A program made the translations under genes and the position numbers. This document shows, piece after piece, positions 24,101 to 37,538 of a stretch of 64,000 nucleotides of DNA. Each line of letters opens with the position of its first letter. Position 1 is the stretch's first letter. This DNA is from Dicyema japonicum (lineage: Eukaryota > Animalia > Dicyemida): positions 221,885 to 285,884 of the forward strand of contig RDEW01000054.1 in assembly GCA_011109175.1 (NCBI GenBank). The letters are read 5' to 3'. The notes beneath the pieces are model-generated. The model had not been told where the DNA came from and made no database searches. It saw only the letters and a program-made list of their open reading frames with translations.

Positions 24101-26258
24101 GCGATCAAGAAGGTATATGACTGAACTCTTGGGCTCTTCACCAAAAGTACAAGCAGACTATAAAGAATGTGTATCGGATTCAATTAATAATACGGCATCG
24201 GATCTTTCACCAGGAAAGGCATGGCTCGAAACTATGAGAGGGATCATTTCCGCTGCTGACAAACATTTGGGGGAACTTAAACCCCATAGCAGTCAGCGTC
24301 ACCCGGAAGTGTCAGCCCTATTGAATTTGCAGAAGAACTTAAGGCTTAGATCCGAAAATACTGTCGATCCTCAGACTGTTTGCAAACTGAAACAAGAACG
24401 AAGGCAAATTGAGAGAAAAATCAAACTCCTAAACAGACTACATCACACTAGTCAGTTGGAAAGCAAGATCAGAGAGGTAGAAAACCTTAAAGACAATGCT
24501 GCGACATTCATGGCTATACGACTAATACGGAGGAAGAGCCAATCAGTGAAACTTATTTTGCATGACAGAAATGGAAAAACAATAGGAAATGTTGCAGAAC
24601 AGACAGAGTTCATAGCATCGCATATTGAACAACTGTTCTTTGTAAAAGGAGAAAAATCAGATTTCACGCCTAAGAACACAACACTTGAACGGATCATTTC
24701 ACCGGAGGAGGTTTGCATGGCGATAAGGAAACTTAAATCTGGGCGCTCTCCAGGACCAGATAATATACCATCTGAATTGCTAAAATTTGGCCCTCCAGAA
24801 CTTGCAGATAAACTCTCAAAATTGCTGAATGACATGATAGAAAACAAGGACTTTTCAGAAATTGGAAAGGGATACTAGTACCAGTTCAAAAAGGTAATAA
24901 ACCCCCTGGGCCAGTTGAAAACCTGCGCCCTGTCATCCTTCTAAACACCTTAAGGAAGATCCTTGCCCTAATTACTCTTAATCGGATCCAAGAGCCGGTG
25001 GACGGGTACTTGGCCCAGAGCCAGAGTGGTTTTAGGACAGGGAGATCAACGGCTGATGTAGTATGGTGCCATAGATGGCAATGTGCTATTCAACAAAGAT
25101 TCCGGAGCTCAAAGACTATCCTTGGAATTGATCTGACCAGAGCTTTCGACACTGTCCGTCGGGGAAAACTCATTGAAGTGCTTGAAAGTTTCCTGGATAA
25201 GGACTCGGTTATTCTGATACGGATACTCTTATCAAACACGAGGTTACGAGTGCGTATTGGAAAATGTTTGTCACGGGAAATTATTTCAACAGTGGGCACA
25301 CCCCAAGGAGATTCCCTTTCCCCAGTATTGTTTGCTATATACCTTGAATCGGCTCTGCAAGACCTCCGGAAGTATTACAACAATGATATTATGGAGATCG
25401 TGTATGCCGATGATGTTGACTTTATCTCGACTGACAAAGAAGCACTCTTACGTCTCTTGGAGGTTGCATCAGGCTGTTTGGCCAAATGGTGTCTATCACT
25501 GAATGTTCAGAAAACGGATATTGTTGAAATTAAGCGGATGGAACTACGCAATAGTGAATGTTGGAGGAAGACCGTAAAGCTTGGCTCTCTTCTCGGAGAC
25601 TCCGAAGACATTGCAAGAAGAAAATTGTTATCTACGGTTACTATGCAAAAACTTATGAAATGTTGGATAAGAAAATGCTCGGTCGGGCCATCACTCCGAC
25701 TCAGGTTGTATGAGGCGTTCGTGAGGCCCATACTAACATACAACTCTGGGACGTGGGGAATTTCGAAAACGGACGAACAAAACCTTGACTCCTTTCACAG
25801 AAGGCAACTTCGGTCTCTCTTGGGACTAAAGTGGCCAATGCGTGTAGGGAGTGAAAATTTATATAGAAGATGCGGTTCCGGACCTCTGAGCACCATGATC
25901 ATGAAGGCTCGCTGGAGATTGTTTGGCCATATTCTCAGATTGGAACAAGACACGCCAGCAAACGTCGTCATGGAAGAATACTTCGATACGTCAGGGGAGA
26001 AGTTCAGAGTCGTCCAAGAATAACTCTTCCGGAAGTCCTTAATGGTGACCTGAGATCAGTAACCAGACTACTAAAGGACGGTGAAGACCTTAGTAGTCTG
26101 CGGCACTTGGCATCGGACAGGAGGGGATGGGAAAGGCTAATTAAGAGGATTGTTCAGACGCGGCACGAATAGAATTATAGTTTATATGATTCTATGTAGT
26201 TGCTTATAATAATAATAATACTGGTGGTATGTTTGAGACATCGAATTTCTTTACTCGG
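21135..26258 (-). mobile_element. BovB-like RTE, 5'-truncated and interrupted by the 23168-26217 insertion
   Basis: GVRQGCLLSPIIFNIYAE, INNLRYADDTTLLAE, RRKIDAFELWC; 3' end GGGTCGGACACGACTTAA; removing the insert restores KFDVSNIPPVYAMEVK..LDL across the junction. Confidence 0.88.
23168..26217 (+). mobile_element. Full-length RTE-like LINE (single APE-RT ORF), probably young
   Basis: 9-bp TSD ATACTGGTG (23159-23167, 26218-26226); ATG 23205; coding to 26172 with only two single-G frameshifts (~24868, ~26008); (TAA)n tail. Confidence 0.93.
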
Positions 26259-26269
26259 GGGGGGGGGGG

Positions 26270-26665
26270 TATTCCAAGTGTTACTGAATTTCGTCCTAAT
26301 TTTTGCAACAAGTAGCTGTCGGTTCCACAGTCTACCTCTAGATATGTTTTGACGACTGTTATAGAGTTTTTTCCAACGCTTGGCGCACAAAATAAGTTGG
26401 ACCAATCCGCGCTTTCAAAATTAAAAAAAGTGATTTCTGTCTGATAAATTTATTTTCAGGGTTGATTTTCATCATAATAGGGTTGTGATCACTTCTTAGT
26501 TCATATTTTACAGTCCAGTTGATGAAGGGAAATATTGATGGGGAGCATAAAGAGAGGTCAGGGGATGTAGGTTTGTCTCCTGTTAGTGTAGGTGTTCTTT
26601 GTGTTGATTTGGTGTTTTTAATATACAAAATTGTCCCAAATTTCTGTCAGTAGGTTTCCTCTACT
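26270..26665 (-). mobile_element. Ingi/Vingi-like APE fragment
   Basis: TRTPT..DKPTSPDLSLCS..WTVKYELRSDHNPI in ORF 26359-26628. Confidence 0.75.
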
Positions 26666-26824
26666 TGAATGACAAAGAAGCAAGTATTATATAATCAAAG
26701 ATAAACTTTCCGCATTAAAAAAATCCAATGCGCATTTTGATTCCTCAATACACTCTTGCAGAACGGCAAAGCATTTAATATTATTTTTAATACGGATGCC
26801 TTTCAAAATTTGTTCGCCATAAAT

Positions 26825-27146
26825 ACACTCGATAGTGGTTAAGTGTCGGGCTTAAGTGGCTTAGGCTACGGGTTCGAATCTCGCTGCTGTTCACCTGGTG
26901 GAAGGTTCCACATCTACAATGCAGAAAGGGTTTGACGAGTGACGCTGTCATCAGTGGATACTCACTGCGGAACTGGATTGTCTAAAAAGGACACTCACAC
27001 AAGAAAAAGAAAAAAAGAAGTGAAGATCATTCCTTGGTTCTACGATTAGTTAAAATTAACTGTCTTTACTTAAATAAAGTGTGTGTCCTGCCTATGCGGA
27101 GCTATAAATACTATGGCTCTCGTGAAAAGGCTTTATTATTATTATT
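26825..27146 (+). mobile_element. tRNA-derived SINE
   Basis: A-box-like TAGTGGTTAAG (~26833), B-box GGTTCGAATC (26871-26880), ~260-nt non-tRNA body and (TTA)n tail; no complete cloverleaf and no clear TSD. Confidence 0.7.
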
Positions 27147-27651
27147 GAGCTACCTAATCAGGAGTCATGTTTTATTTATTTTTTACTAAAACAAGAATCA
27201 CCGATAAATTGGGAAAGAATACACGGTTGTCAGGTGATCCCAACCTCCTTAAACACCTATTTCACATTCGCTCGGTATTCGTCCAAGATCACGGTGGGAC
27301 CCCGTTTGGCGGGAACTTAGTGACAGATTTCATGAAAACGTGCAACTATCCTTCCTCTCAGTCCATTAAGGAAGTTTGCAATCCAAATTTTCACTCTGTT
27401 TGGGATATCTAAAACAAAGATCTTCCTTGTACGTAATTTCCTTGGGATGGAGTCAAAAGCCTTATGTATGTCAATGGAGCATACTAGAGAATTTTAAAGC
27501 CGAAGATTGCATCATAGACCCTATAGAGATCTTCTTTAAACGCATGTTAGAAAAATACAACAGGAAGGTAAGATTTAATCTATTCATAAATGAGCTTTCC
27601 TAGAATTTTTGAGGAGGCACATTAAAGTGATATCGGTCTGAATGATTTATA

Positions 27652-27700
27652 ATTTATTTATTTAACACCCAAGACCACGGTAAAACCAAACTAACTAATG
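27652..27700 (-). mobile_element. Solo 3' tail of the Ingi/Vingi-like family, ~75 nt upstream of PRPF19
   Basis: CCCAAGACCACGGTAAAACCAAACTAA matches the tails at 9338 and 4331. Confidence 0.85.
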
Positions 27701-27775
27701 ATACTATGTATGTTCTAGTTAAAATTATTTTAATATTAAGTAAATAATAAATTAATTATTTAAATTAATAGTTGC

Positions 27776-29695
27776 ATGTCTTTGTTTTGTTCATGTATGA
27801 ATTTTTTTAAACTTATCGTTGTTAACTAATAATAATAATTAAACTATAGAAAAGATAAATATAATTATTTTTAGTATGTAATGAAATCCCACAGAATCCT
27901 ACTGTATCTCCTGTATCTGGATGTGTTTTTGAAAAACGTCTTATATTAAAATATCTTGATGAACAAGGTGAAGTTGACCCTATAAATGGAGAAAAATTAA
28001 CAAAGGGCATGCTTATTGATTTAAAAAGTATAAAAAGTTAATTTTTACTAGTTGATCCTTTGGTTCAATCTCAGCCTCCTTCAGCTTCCAGTATTCCTGG
28101 ATTATTAAAGTGTCTCCAAGAAGAATGGGTAAATTTGTTTTAGTGATCGTAGGATTCTATAATGTTGAACAATTTCAGTTTAAGCAGCAATTGCTTGCTT
28201 TGAAACAGGTAATAAAACATTTTCAAACTTAATAGAACTTTCCCATACTTTGTATCAACATGATGCTAGCTGTAGAGTTATTGCCCGTCTTTCTCAAGAG
28301 GTTGTTAATTCACGTGAAGGTTGCTGATAAGTATACTTAGTCCAAAGCTCTTTTAAACATGAAATCCATTTCGGTAAATAATTTTAAGACATCAAAATTA
28401 ATTGATCAACTTAAACAACCTCTCGGAATGACTGAGGACATCAGTCAATTTGTATTTTTTAATTTTATTTTTAGCTTCAAAATAATTCTTCTTTTCTTAC
28501 ATCTGAGCGTAAAAAAGTAGATTTTATGTATCTATAATATTTAGAGAAGTAAAACTGGAATTCCAGGAGTTTCTGTCCCAGATGACATAAAGGAATATAA
28601 ACTGACATCGTCTCATTCAGTACAAATTTTAACATATTTCAAGGGTCTTCATAGTACAGCCAATCCCGGAATTTCGTGCTTGGATGTTTCCAAAAAAAAT
28701 CAAGGGAAAAGGATCGTCACTGGGGGGAATGATGGAAATGTCGTTGTATTTGATAAGGAAAAAGAATTAATTATGAACACATTCAAAGGCCATACTAAGA
28801 AAGTGATAAATGTAGTTTTCCACCCATCTGAAGTATATAGCATTTTATTATTTATTAGGATGTTGTTATTTCATCTTCATCTGATAATATTAGATTATGG
28901 AATATAAACAATGAAGATGGAAATTTTGTTCTTAATGCTCATGATAATTCTATAAGTGATATAAGCATAGATGCTACCGGGCGTTATTTACTTTCTGGTT
29001 CGCAGAATGGAGTTTATTTTATTTTTAATTTTAGAATTGGGCATTTACTGATATTTTATCAAACCAAGTTATAATGAGGGTTTCAGAAGATGAACCTTAT
29101 AGAGGTAATGTTTATCTCTTTAAAGATTTAAAGGTATTAGTTGTGCTGAATTTCATCCTGATGGTCTCTATTTTGGACTTGGGAATGTACAACGCACTGT
29201 ACGCATTTGGGACATTAGAGGCCCTACTAATGTTGCTTCTTTTACTGGTCATACTGGAGAAATAAATGGTCTTTCTTTCTCTGAAAATGGTTTGTTATAG
29301 TACTTTTATTCTTAAAATTTTTAACTCTTGAAATTTTAGGTTATTATTTGGCAAGTTTAGCCGGTGTCAATGAAGTAATTATTTGGGATCTTCGAAAGTC
29401 GAAAGATGTTCATACAATTCAGTTAGATCAGAATTATGAAGTTTTTAGTATATTTTAATATTAGGCTAAATCGTTGGATTTTGATAACAATGGTATCTGC
29501 TTGGCTATAGGCGGAACTGATGTTAGGTTTTTATTCTTTGTATTTAATCTTAGAGTTTATCGTAGTAAACAATGGGATTTGTTAAATGTATATAACGAAA
29601 ACACATCTGTAGTAACAGATGTAAAATTTTCTCTTGATTATTTGGCCTCTTCAAGCATGGACCGTTTTATTAGATTTTATGGAAAATCTTGTTAG
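27776..29695 (+). CDS. PRPF19: Pre-mRNA processing factor 19 (U-box, coiled coil, WD40), multi-exon
   Basis: [30 protein letters not shown]; [17 protein letters not shown]; [19 protein letters not shown]; WD40 repeats; frame ambiguity at 28160-28240. Confidence 0.95.
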
Positions 29696-29949
29696 CAATA
29701 ATTTGTAATTCTTTTTGGCTTGTTATTTTTGAAATTTAAAACTAGCTTATTTATATTGTAGACTTAAGAATTAAATAACATGACTATGTTGCATGTAATC
29801 TACATTCGTGCTTAAACCTTAACGCGAATAATGTCGGACTTTAACTATGTAGACACTCCATCTAACTTATTATCTTTAATTCTATCATGTAATCCACTTC
29901 CCAAGTTTATATAGCACAAAAAAATAAAACGAATTTTCTAATCTTAAAC

Positions 29950-30380
29950 GATTATATATACCCATGGTGTTACTCTGTTCTATGTTAAAAATTATTGAAA
30001 GACTGGTTCTCTCAAAAATCAGAGTTCTCCTGGGCATGTACTTTCAGCAGCGATTCAAAGAAGAGATGTCTATTTCGACCCACATATCAATCTTGAATAA
30101 TTTTATAAATTATGGTTTTTCGCACAGTATACTACTTTTCAGACATCTGAAGACTACTTTTCTCCATTGATATCCACAAGACGTTCGACTCAGTGTCGAG
30201 GAAGGTTATTACTTGGAAAATTTTCTAAACGAAAATCCCTGGAAACCTTAAACTCTAATTAGCTTACCTCCTTATCGGTCGAAAAGAACGTGTTCATATT
30301 GGAAATCGAAATCTATTTCCAGGCTTCGTTTTAAAAATATTTTCCAAGGATCCTTTTTGTCTTTTTTTATTCAATTTATT
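29950..30380 (+). mobile_element. Decayed Ingi/Vingi-like RT fragment
   Basis: LLCSMLKIIERLVL, IDIHKTFDSVSRK, QGS.LS..LFNL remnants. Confidence 0.7.
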
Positions 30381-30384
30381 CATT

Positions 30385-31330
30385 ATTTATTTAGAACCCC
30401 AGGATCAACGAGAAAGAAAAACAGAAATAAACGTAAAACAGTTCCCGCAATCAACTGCGTTATCTAACACATTGTTCCCATTCCATACGAAAGAGCCTTC
30501 TCTCATTCCTGCAAAGGAATCTGATTGGCGAAGGTAACTTTTGTACCAATCGATTTTCTTTTGCGACAGGCGAAGGGTTTCATTTTCCTCACAAACGAGG
30601 AAGAATCCGGATTTGCGACTACCGGTTGTAGCTTCCGTGAGTAGATGAGTGACTGATGATCCAGTATGAAGGTGCAACATATGAATGGTTATTCGGTAAA
30701 TTTAATTAAATCTGTGGAGCGTAGTCTCAGATAGGGCAAATGCATACTATACAACAGTCGAGATGGTTTGCCGGAAGAGTGTTGCAATAGAGTCATCCAA
30801 ATTTAAAGGGGTCCTCTAAACAAGTGCACGTACAACACTCATCTTCTGGAGACATACTTCGCATGGGAGTTGAAATTCAACATCTTCGCTATTCCTATTA
30901 TTTCTACGAGGGTCGAGCGTATGAACTCTCTCAAACGAAGATCATGACCGCACTGATATATTTGTGATGAGTAAGCAAATTTTAGTTGCCATAAAAATGC
31001 CCTAGTGCTGAGAGTCCACTGGCCAATTCTTTGTCAACGAAGTTATTGAAACCATACCAATCAAGCATCCTCTATTTTTGAATCTCTTGAACTTCTTTTA
31101 ATTACATTTGCATTTAATTGTAATATTATTAAGTCTCCAAGTGGGCCAGGGGTTGTTTTGATGTCGCCACATACGAGAATCAATAATCCAGAACAATGAT
31201 TACGTCAGACAGAATTGGAGGCACAAATGTTAAGGGAATTACCACATGGTGGGGAGAAGTTTGTGGTTCTTTTCGTTCCATTCCGGAATGGGTGACACCA
31301 TTTCGATGAGCCACAAAACACCACGTTAAA
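30385..31330 (-). mobile_element. Short (~950 bp) internally deleted Ingi/Vingi-like derivative with both termini and a decayed 2A
   Basis: 5' motif TAACGTGGTGTTTTGTGG at 31328-31311; LLILVCGDIKTTPGP (core 31168-31142) then IILQLNAN; 3' part similar to 55320-55820; GATCCTGGGGTT tail. Confidence 0.75.
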
Positions 31331-31334
31331 CACA

Positions 31335-31765
31335 TTTTTCCAATCTGGCTACATCGAAGCCAGACTGATATTCTTCTTACTTATATTGACACAGCGTCAT
31401 AGGTTCACGCGATCGGGACATCCAGACTGCTACTTCAAGGTTTCAACAAAACCTGGACCATCTTAACGAATGGTTGTTGACCGTACGATTTTAAAAACTA
31501 TCTACAAGTAATTGGCATGTATTTCTTATGCATGCGCCACATGGGATCAATTTATTTCTTGGAAAAATTTATTATTAAAAAAAAAAAGCTTTAAAATTAC
31601 TGGAAATGGACTTGTGGAAAAGTCCCCTCTCCAATGACTCTAGAATCCTTAATCCATAAGAACCAAAGAACGTGTCCGAGAGACTGCGATCATCCAGTTA
31701 ACGGCCGATACGTACTTGTGTGGGCTTGAAAGAGGAGCAGTAGTAGTTAGTTTGGTGTTACCTTG
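31335..31765 (+). mobile_element. Decayed Ingi/Vingi-like 3' fragment
   Basis: SYACATWDQFISW-like segment and TTAGTTTGGTGTTACC tail remnant. Confidence 0.55.
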
Positions 31766-32139
31766 AATTTAAAATTTTTCATTTCCATAAAGAACACAAT
31801 TGTTGCTAATCTTTATTCATTTGTTCTTCGCCTATTGTGGAAGCAGAAATATTTGCAAAAACATTAATTTCGCTATGGGGCCATATCGTAGATTTTAACC
31901 ACAAATTTTATGAAAAATCCTTTTTCGTCTCAAACTGGCGGGTGGCAGTTGAGACAGATGGATCGTATGTGCACACAGAAAAATGTAACGATGGAAAGAC
32001 CAGAAGCTTTGACCAAAGTAGCCAATAGAATAATCGATCCACTGAAAGAAACTTAAGCTTCCAAACAATAAAGAAATTTAATTTTAAATTACAATTTAAT
32101 TAATAAGAGACATGATTAAATTGTTAGTTTAATGAATTG

Positions 32140-33481
<1,342 letters not shown>

Positions 33482-33594
33482 CACTATAGGTAAAAATATT
33501 TAAACAGTTAATAAATTTGTTAATATAATGAAACAAGTTTTGAATTATTTTAAAGTCTTAATGTTGTAAGAAATATGTTTTTTTTAATATATCG

Positions 33595-33711
33595 GGTCAT
33601 GAAGCTATCCTATCGAAGTATCCAGTAGAGTAGGGAAGGTTGAAGGATCTTTTCTCTATAGAGTTAATAGTGAGATTACCACAATAGATGTACCACATGA
33701 CGCCACGCTAA
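33595..33711 (-). mobile_element. Solo 5' end of the Ingi/Vingi-like family upstream of PDHB
   Basis: TAGCGTGGCGTCATGTGGT at 33710-33692 followed by a ~33-codon MW-initiated leader remnant. Confidence 0.6.
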
Positions 33712-34396
33712 ATGCTTATCGAGTTAGGAAATTTTTTGACTTAAAGAAATTTAATAAATTCGTTTTAAAGCATATTTTTTGACATTTATATCCCAATTTT
33801 TAACATTTCTTATCTAATTCTTGTGGTAATGATAAATAACTCTTAAAAGTTTCCAGTGATTTATTTTATTTAGCCCCTTCGCGATAGTCACTTCACGATG
33901 TTGTGAAACAATTACAAAATCATCAACATATATGAGGCGTAGTGTAATTGGGTTTGTCACCAAACTCGTAGGTATAAATTGAATAAGGCTGGGGAGATAA
34001 TTGAGACTTGGAGAACGCCACTAGGTAGGTATTTGTAACGTGACTAGCAAAACATATAATGCCTTTAAATAGGGCAAGGAGAAGTGAGTTGTGGTTGAGT
34101 GGAGAGAACAAAAACCATGTTGAGATTTTGTAAACGGCTATTAAACTTTTAAAGCGTAAAAGCAATTCGGACAAATATTTTAGGAATGTGTGGCAAGATC
34201 ATCGAAACCTCTTACATTCAAATTTCTAAAGGTAACGACAACTTATATAATTATTGGAAGGTAACTAATCTTTGCGTAATGATACATAAATATATTGGAG
34301 TGGTTTCGAAAGAAATGCAAATTTTTGTTGCTCGAGAGGTTAGTGATCACTGATCAGATATTGGGGGATCGTTTGTATTGAGTAAACCTTTTTTAA

Positions 34397-37257
34397 AAAA
34401 TGTCATGTGGCTCGCCGACGACGTGGTGGCATTTGGAAAAAAAGAACCACACTTTCCCCTATCTTCACCGGTGGACCAATAAAGAAGGCCTGCGCCGCTG
34501 CGGAGACATTGAGGCAAACCCTGGACCAACCAGAATAGTCCAACTGAACATAAATGGAATCAAGAACAAAATACTCGAACTTCGGACATTTGTGAAAGAA
34601 AATCACATTGATCTCCTGCTAATTCAAGAGTCGAAACTTTCTCCAAAGAATTCAACACCAGTATTTCCGGGATTCACAGTAATTCGCCGTGACAGAATTG
34701 GCAAACTTGGTGAAGTCTTCTCACAGTTATCCGCAACGCATTCCGTTGAGGACTTAACCAACAGTGCTTACACTATGCTTAAAGGATATGGAAATCTCGA
34801 ACTTTTGGTTACCAAAATACGATTCCCAAGACTATCAATAATAAGTGTCAACGCATATCGCCCACCGCACAGTTCCTGCTCGTTCAGTACCCCCGACTCA
34901 CTCCTCTCGCGTCACTAAATGATGTGATTATCTGTGGTGACTTCAATGCGAAGCACCCACTGTGGCTGACAGGACAAACCTACGACAAAAGAGGGAAGAT
35001 GATAATTGAGGACCTCCACAGCCTATGTATACTCAATTATCCTGCATCTCATACAAGAACACCTACTCGATGTAATGATAAACCTTCTTCTATCGACATC
35101 TCATTGTCATCACCGTCCTTGGCCCCACTTATTGACTGGTCAGTGAAGTATGACATCAGGAGTGACCACAACCCAATATTTTGGAGGTCAAATCAAGGTC
35201 ACGGATAAAAGGACAATGCCCAACAATAACTAACTACAGCCTTGCGAATTGGAAAGGATTCAAGGAATACGTCGATAATTGTATTGGACTATTAAATTTC
35301 CCCACTTTTCCCTCCGTCAAACAATTAGTGAAATGGTTCAACTCCATTATAAACGATGCGAAAAAGAATTACATTCCTATGGGGAGACAACCAACGTCAT
35401 CAAAACGTTTAACACAACGACGAAACATCTGACCAGAGAACGAAATAATCTAAAGATGGTAAAATCGCCAACAGAAGAGAACATCAGGAAAATACGAGAA
35501 TTGAACAGAGAGATCGACAACAACATCAGGACAGAAAATGCAAATAGATGGACGAGACTATCGAAAGCTCTCTACAAAAAACCCCCCAATGCAAAGAGTG
35601 TGGAAATGGATCAAAAACATCAAAAGATTTTCCCCAGAGAGAAAAGTCGAAGTCTACATAAAACCAGACACTCTGATAAAATATTACACATCTATATCCT
35701 ACAGGAAGTTTTCAAAAGAACACCAAGTATTCCTGAAAAAGATTGAACCGAAACGCTCCGATGACTGGATCCTATTTACTTATTTATTTACTAGTCAGGA
35801 TGTTCGCAGAGCCATATCCAAGGCCAACAACTCAGAGGCCAAAGGACCAGACAACATAACCACATGTGAACTGAAGCACCTAGGCCATCGAGCCCTGGAA
35901 CTATTAGCCTATATATTCAACCTATCCATTAACACAAATACAATCCCTGAAATATGGAAGAAGTCTCTAATCAGACCTATCCGAAAACCCAACAAACCAA
36001 TAGATGAACCATCTTCCTATCGCCCAATATCTATTCTAAGTCCAGTCTCAAGGATCCTTGAAAGGCTTGTTTTGGAAAAAATACAAGACTCAATCTCAAT
36101 ACCTCCGACCCAGCACAAATTCCGGGACAACCATTCGACAACAACACACCTTACAACCCTCACACAATTCATTGCGGAAGGATTTAACTCCCCCAAACCC
36201 CATCAGAGGAAAGTACTTATATCCGTGGACATCACAAAAGCGTTCGACTCAGTCCTAGGAAACTCCTAATAAAGAAAATATACGAAACCAACATCCATTC
36301 GAACCTGAAACTTTGGCTTGGAAACTTCCTAAATGGAAGTCGAGCACAAGTACTCTGCAACAACATCAAATCAAGATCTCGCTATTTCCCAAATGGAGTT
36401 CTTCAAGGCTCCCCACTATCACCCCAACTCTTCAATCTCTACATAAACGACATGCCACAAACCCGTAATGAAAACTGTCTAATCCTGTCCTATGCTACGA
36501 TATCATTTTTGCCTCCAAGAACAGAAGCATTCAATCAGCGACACAGTTGGCTCAACAAATGCTCGACAACCTGGAACTATGGCTCTCAAAGCGGAGACTC
36601 GACACATCAGCAGCAAAGTCCTTAGTCACACTGTTTACCACCTACAAGAGACAGCTCTGTATCGAACCAAAAGTCTTTATGAAGAACGAAGCTATCTCTA
36701 TTAACAAAACACCGAAGATTCTGGGAGTAACTTTTGATCAGGGACTCACCTTTATCCGGCATGTTGAAAACAAAGTAACTTCTGCTCTGAAAAAAATGAG
36801 AATTTTAAAAGTGCTCTCAAAAACACTTAGAGACCAAACTGGTGTCCTTGCCACGATTTACAAACAATTTATTCGACCAACGATGACGTATGCAAGTCCT
36901 TCATGGGCAATGCAAATGTCACGATCTTCCTCATTGAAATTATCCGCAATCAAAAAGACTGCAATAAAGTTAATTGGACCAGATCACAATATCCAACCCA
37001 TTGAAAACTTTTTAATCGAACTACAACGGAAACTATTAAAGGAGGCTATTCTACCGAGCTGCCCTCTATTCCAAATACTATCGAATTATCTACAATCATA
37101 CAGAAATTTTGAGCCGATGCCAAGTCCAATGAGAAAAGCTGTTCAGGATTCTCGATTCCGCTGGACTCGTCCTCACCTTTGTCGGTCTGGGATCACTTAG
37201 TTAGATGAGAACTTTTATTCCTTTTCTTTGACCCAGTGATCCTGGGGGTAATAATAA
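34397..37257 (+). mobile_element. Full-length Ingi/Vingi-like LINE with intact 2A motif
   Basis: GTCATGTGG 5' motif; LRRCGDIEANPGP (core 34502-34528); APE and RT in frameshifted ORFs; ends RSGIT* at 37200; (TAA)n tail; 14-bp TSD TAAA(C/G)CTTTTTTAA (34383-34396, 37258-37271). Confidence 0.92.
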
Positions 37258-37538
37258 TAAAGCTTTTTTAAGATTTTCCAGAAATCAAGTATGGCAGAGT
37301 GCGAATTGTCGTGATAAAATCTTTCCATTGTTTGGTCTTGTGTTTTAAAATGAGATTGTAAATTTGTTCATTTATCTCAGATATTTTGTATTTGTCGGAG
37401 TCATCGATTTGATCCATCTGTAAAAAATAAAAAATTCGATTTGAGACTAATACATGAGAAATATTTTTGTGTTGTTCAATTTTATAAGTTGTCTGTCATT
37501 GAAATCAAATTGTGGTGTGTAAGAAACTTTCCCTTATA

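Noticed and set aside
24860-24880. Programmed ribosomal frameshift in the RTE ORF
   Set aside because: No slippery heptamer or downstream structure; a single G missing from a run matches the indel pattern seen in host genes.
26257-26270. G-quadruplex regulatory element
   Set aside because: A single G homopolymer at a junction of two decayed elements with no supporting context.
26825-26895. Functional tRNA gene
   Set aside because: No complete acceptor or anticodon stem; it continues into a body and simple-repeat tail like a SINE.
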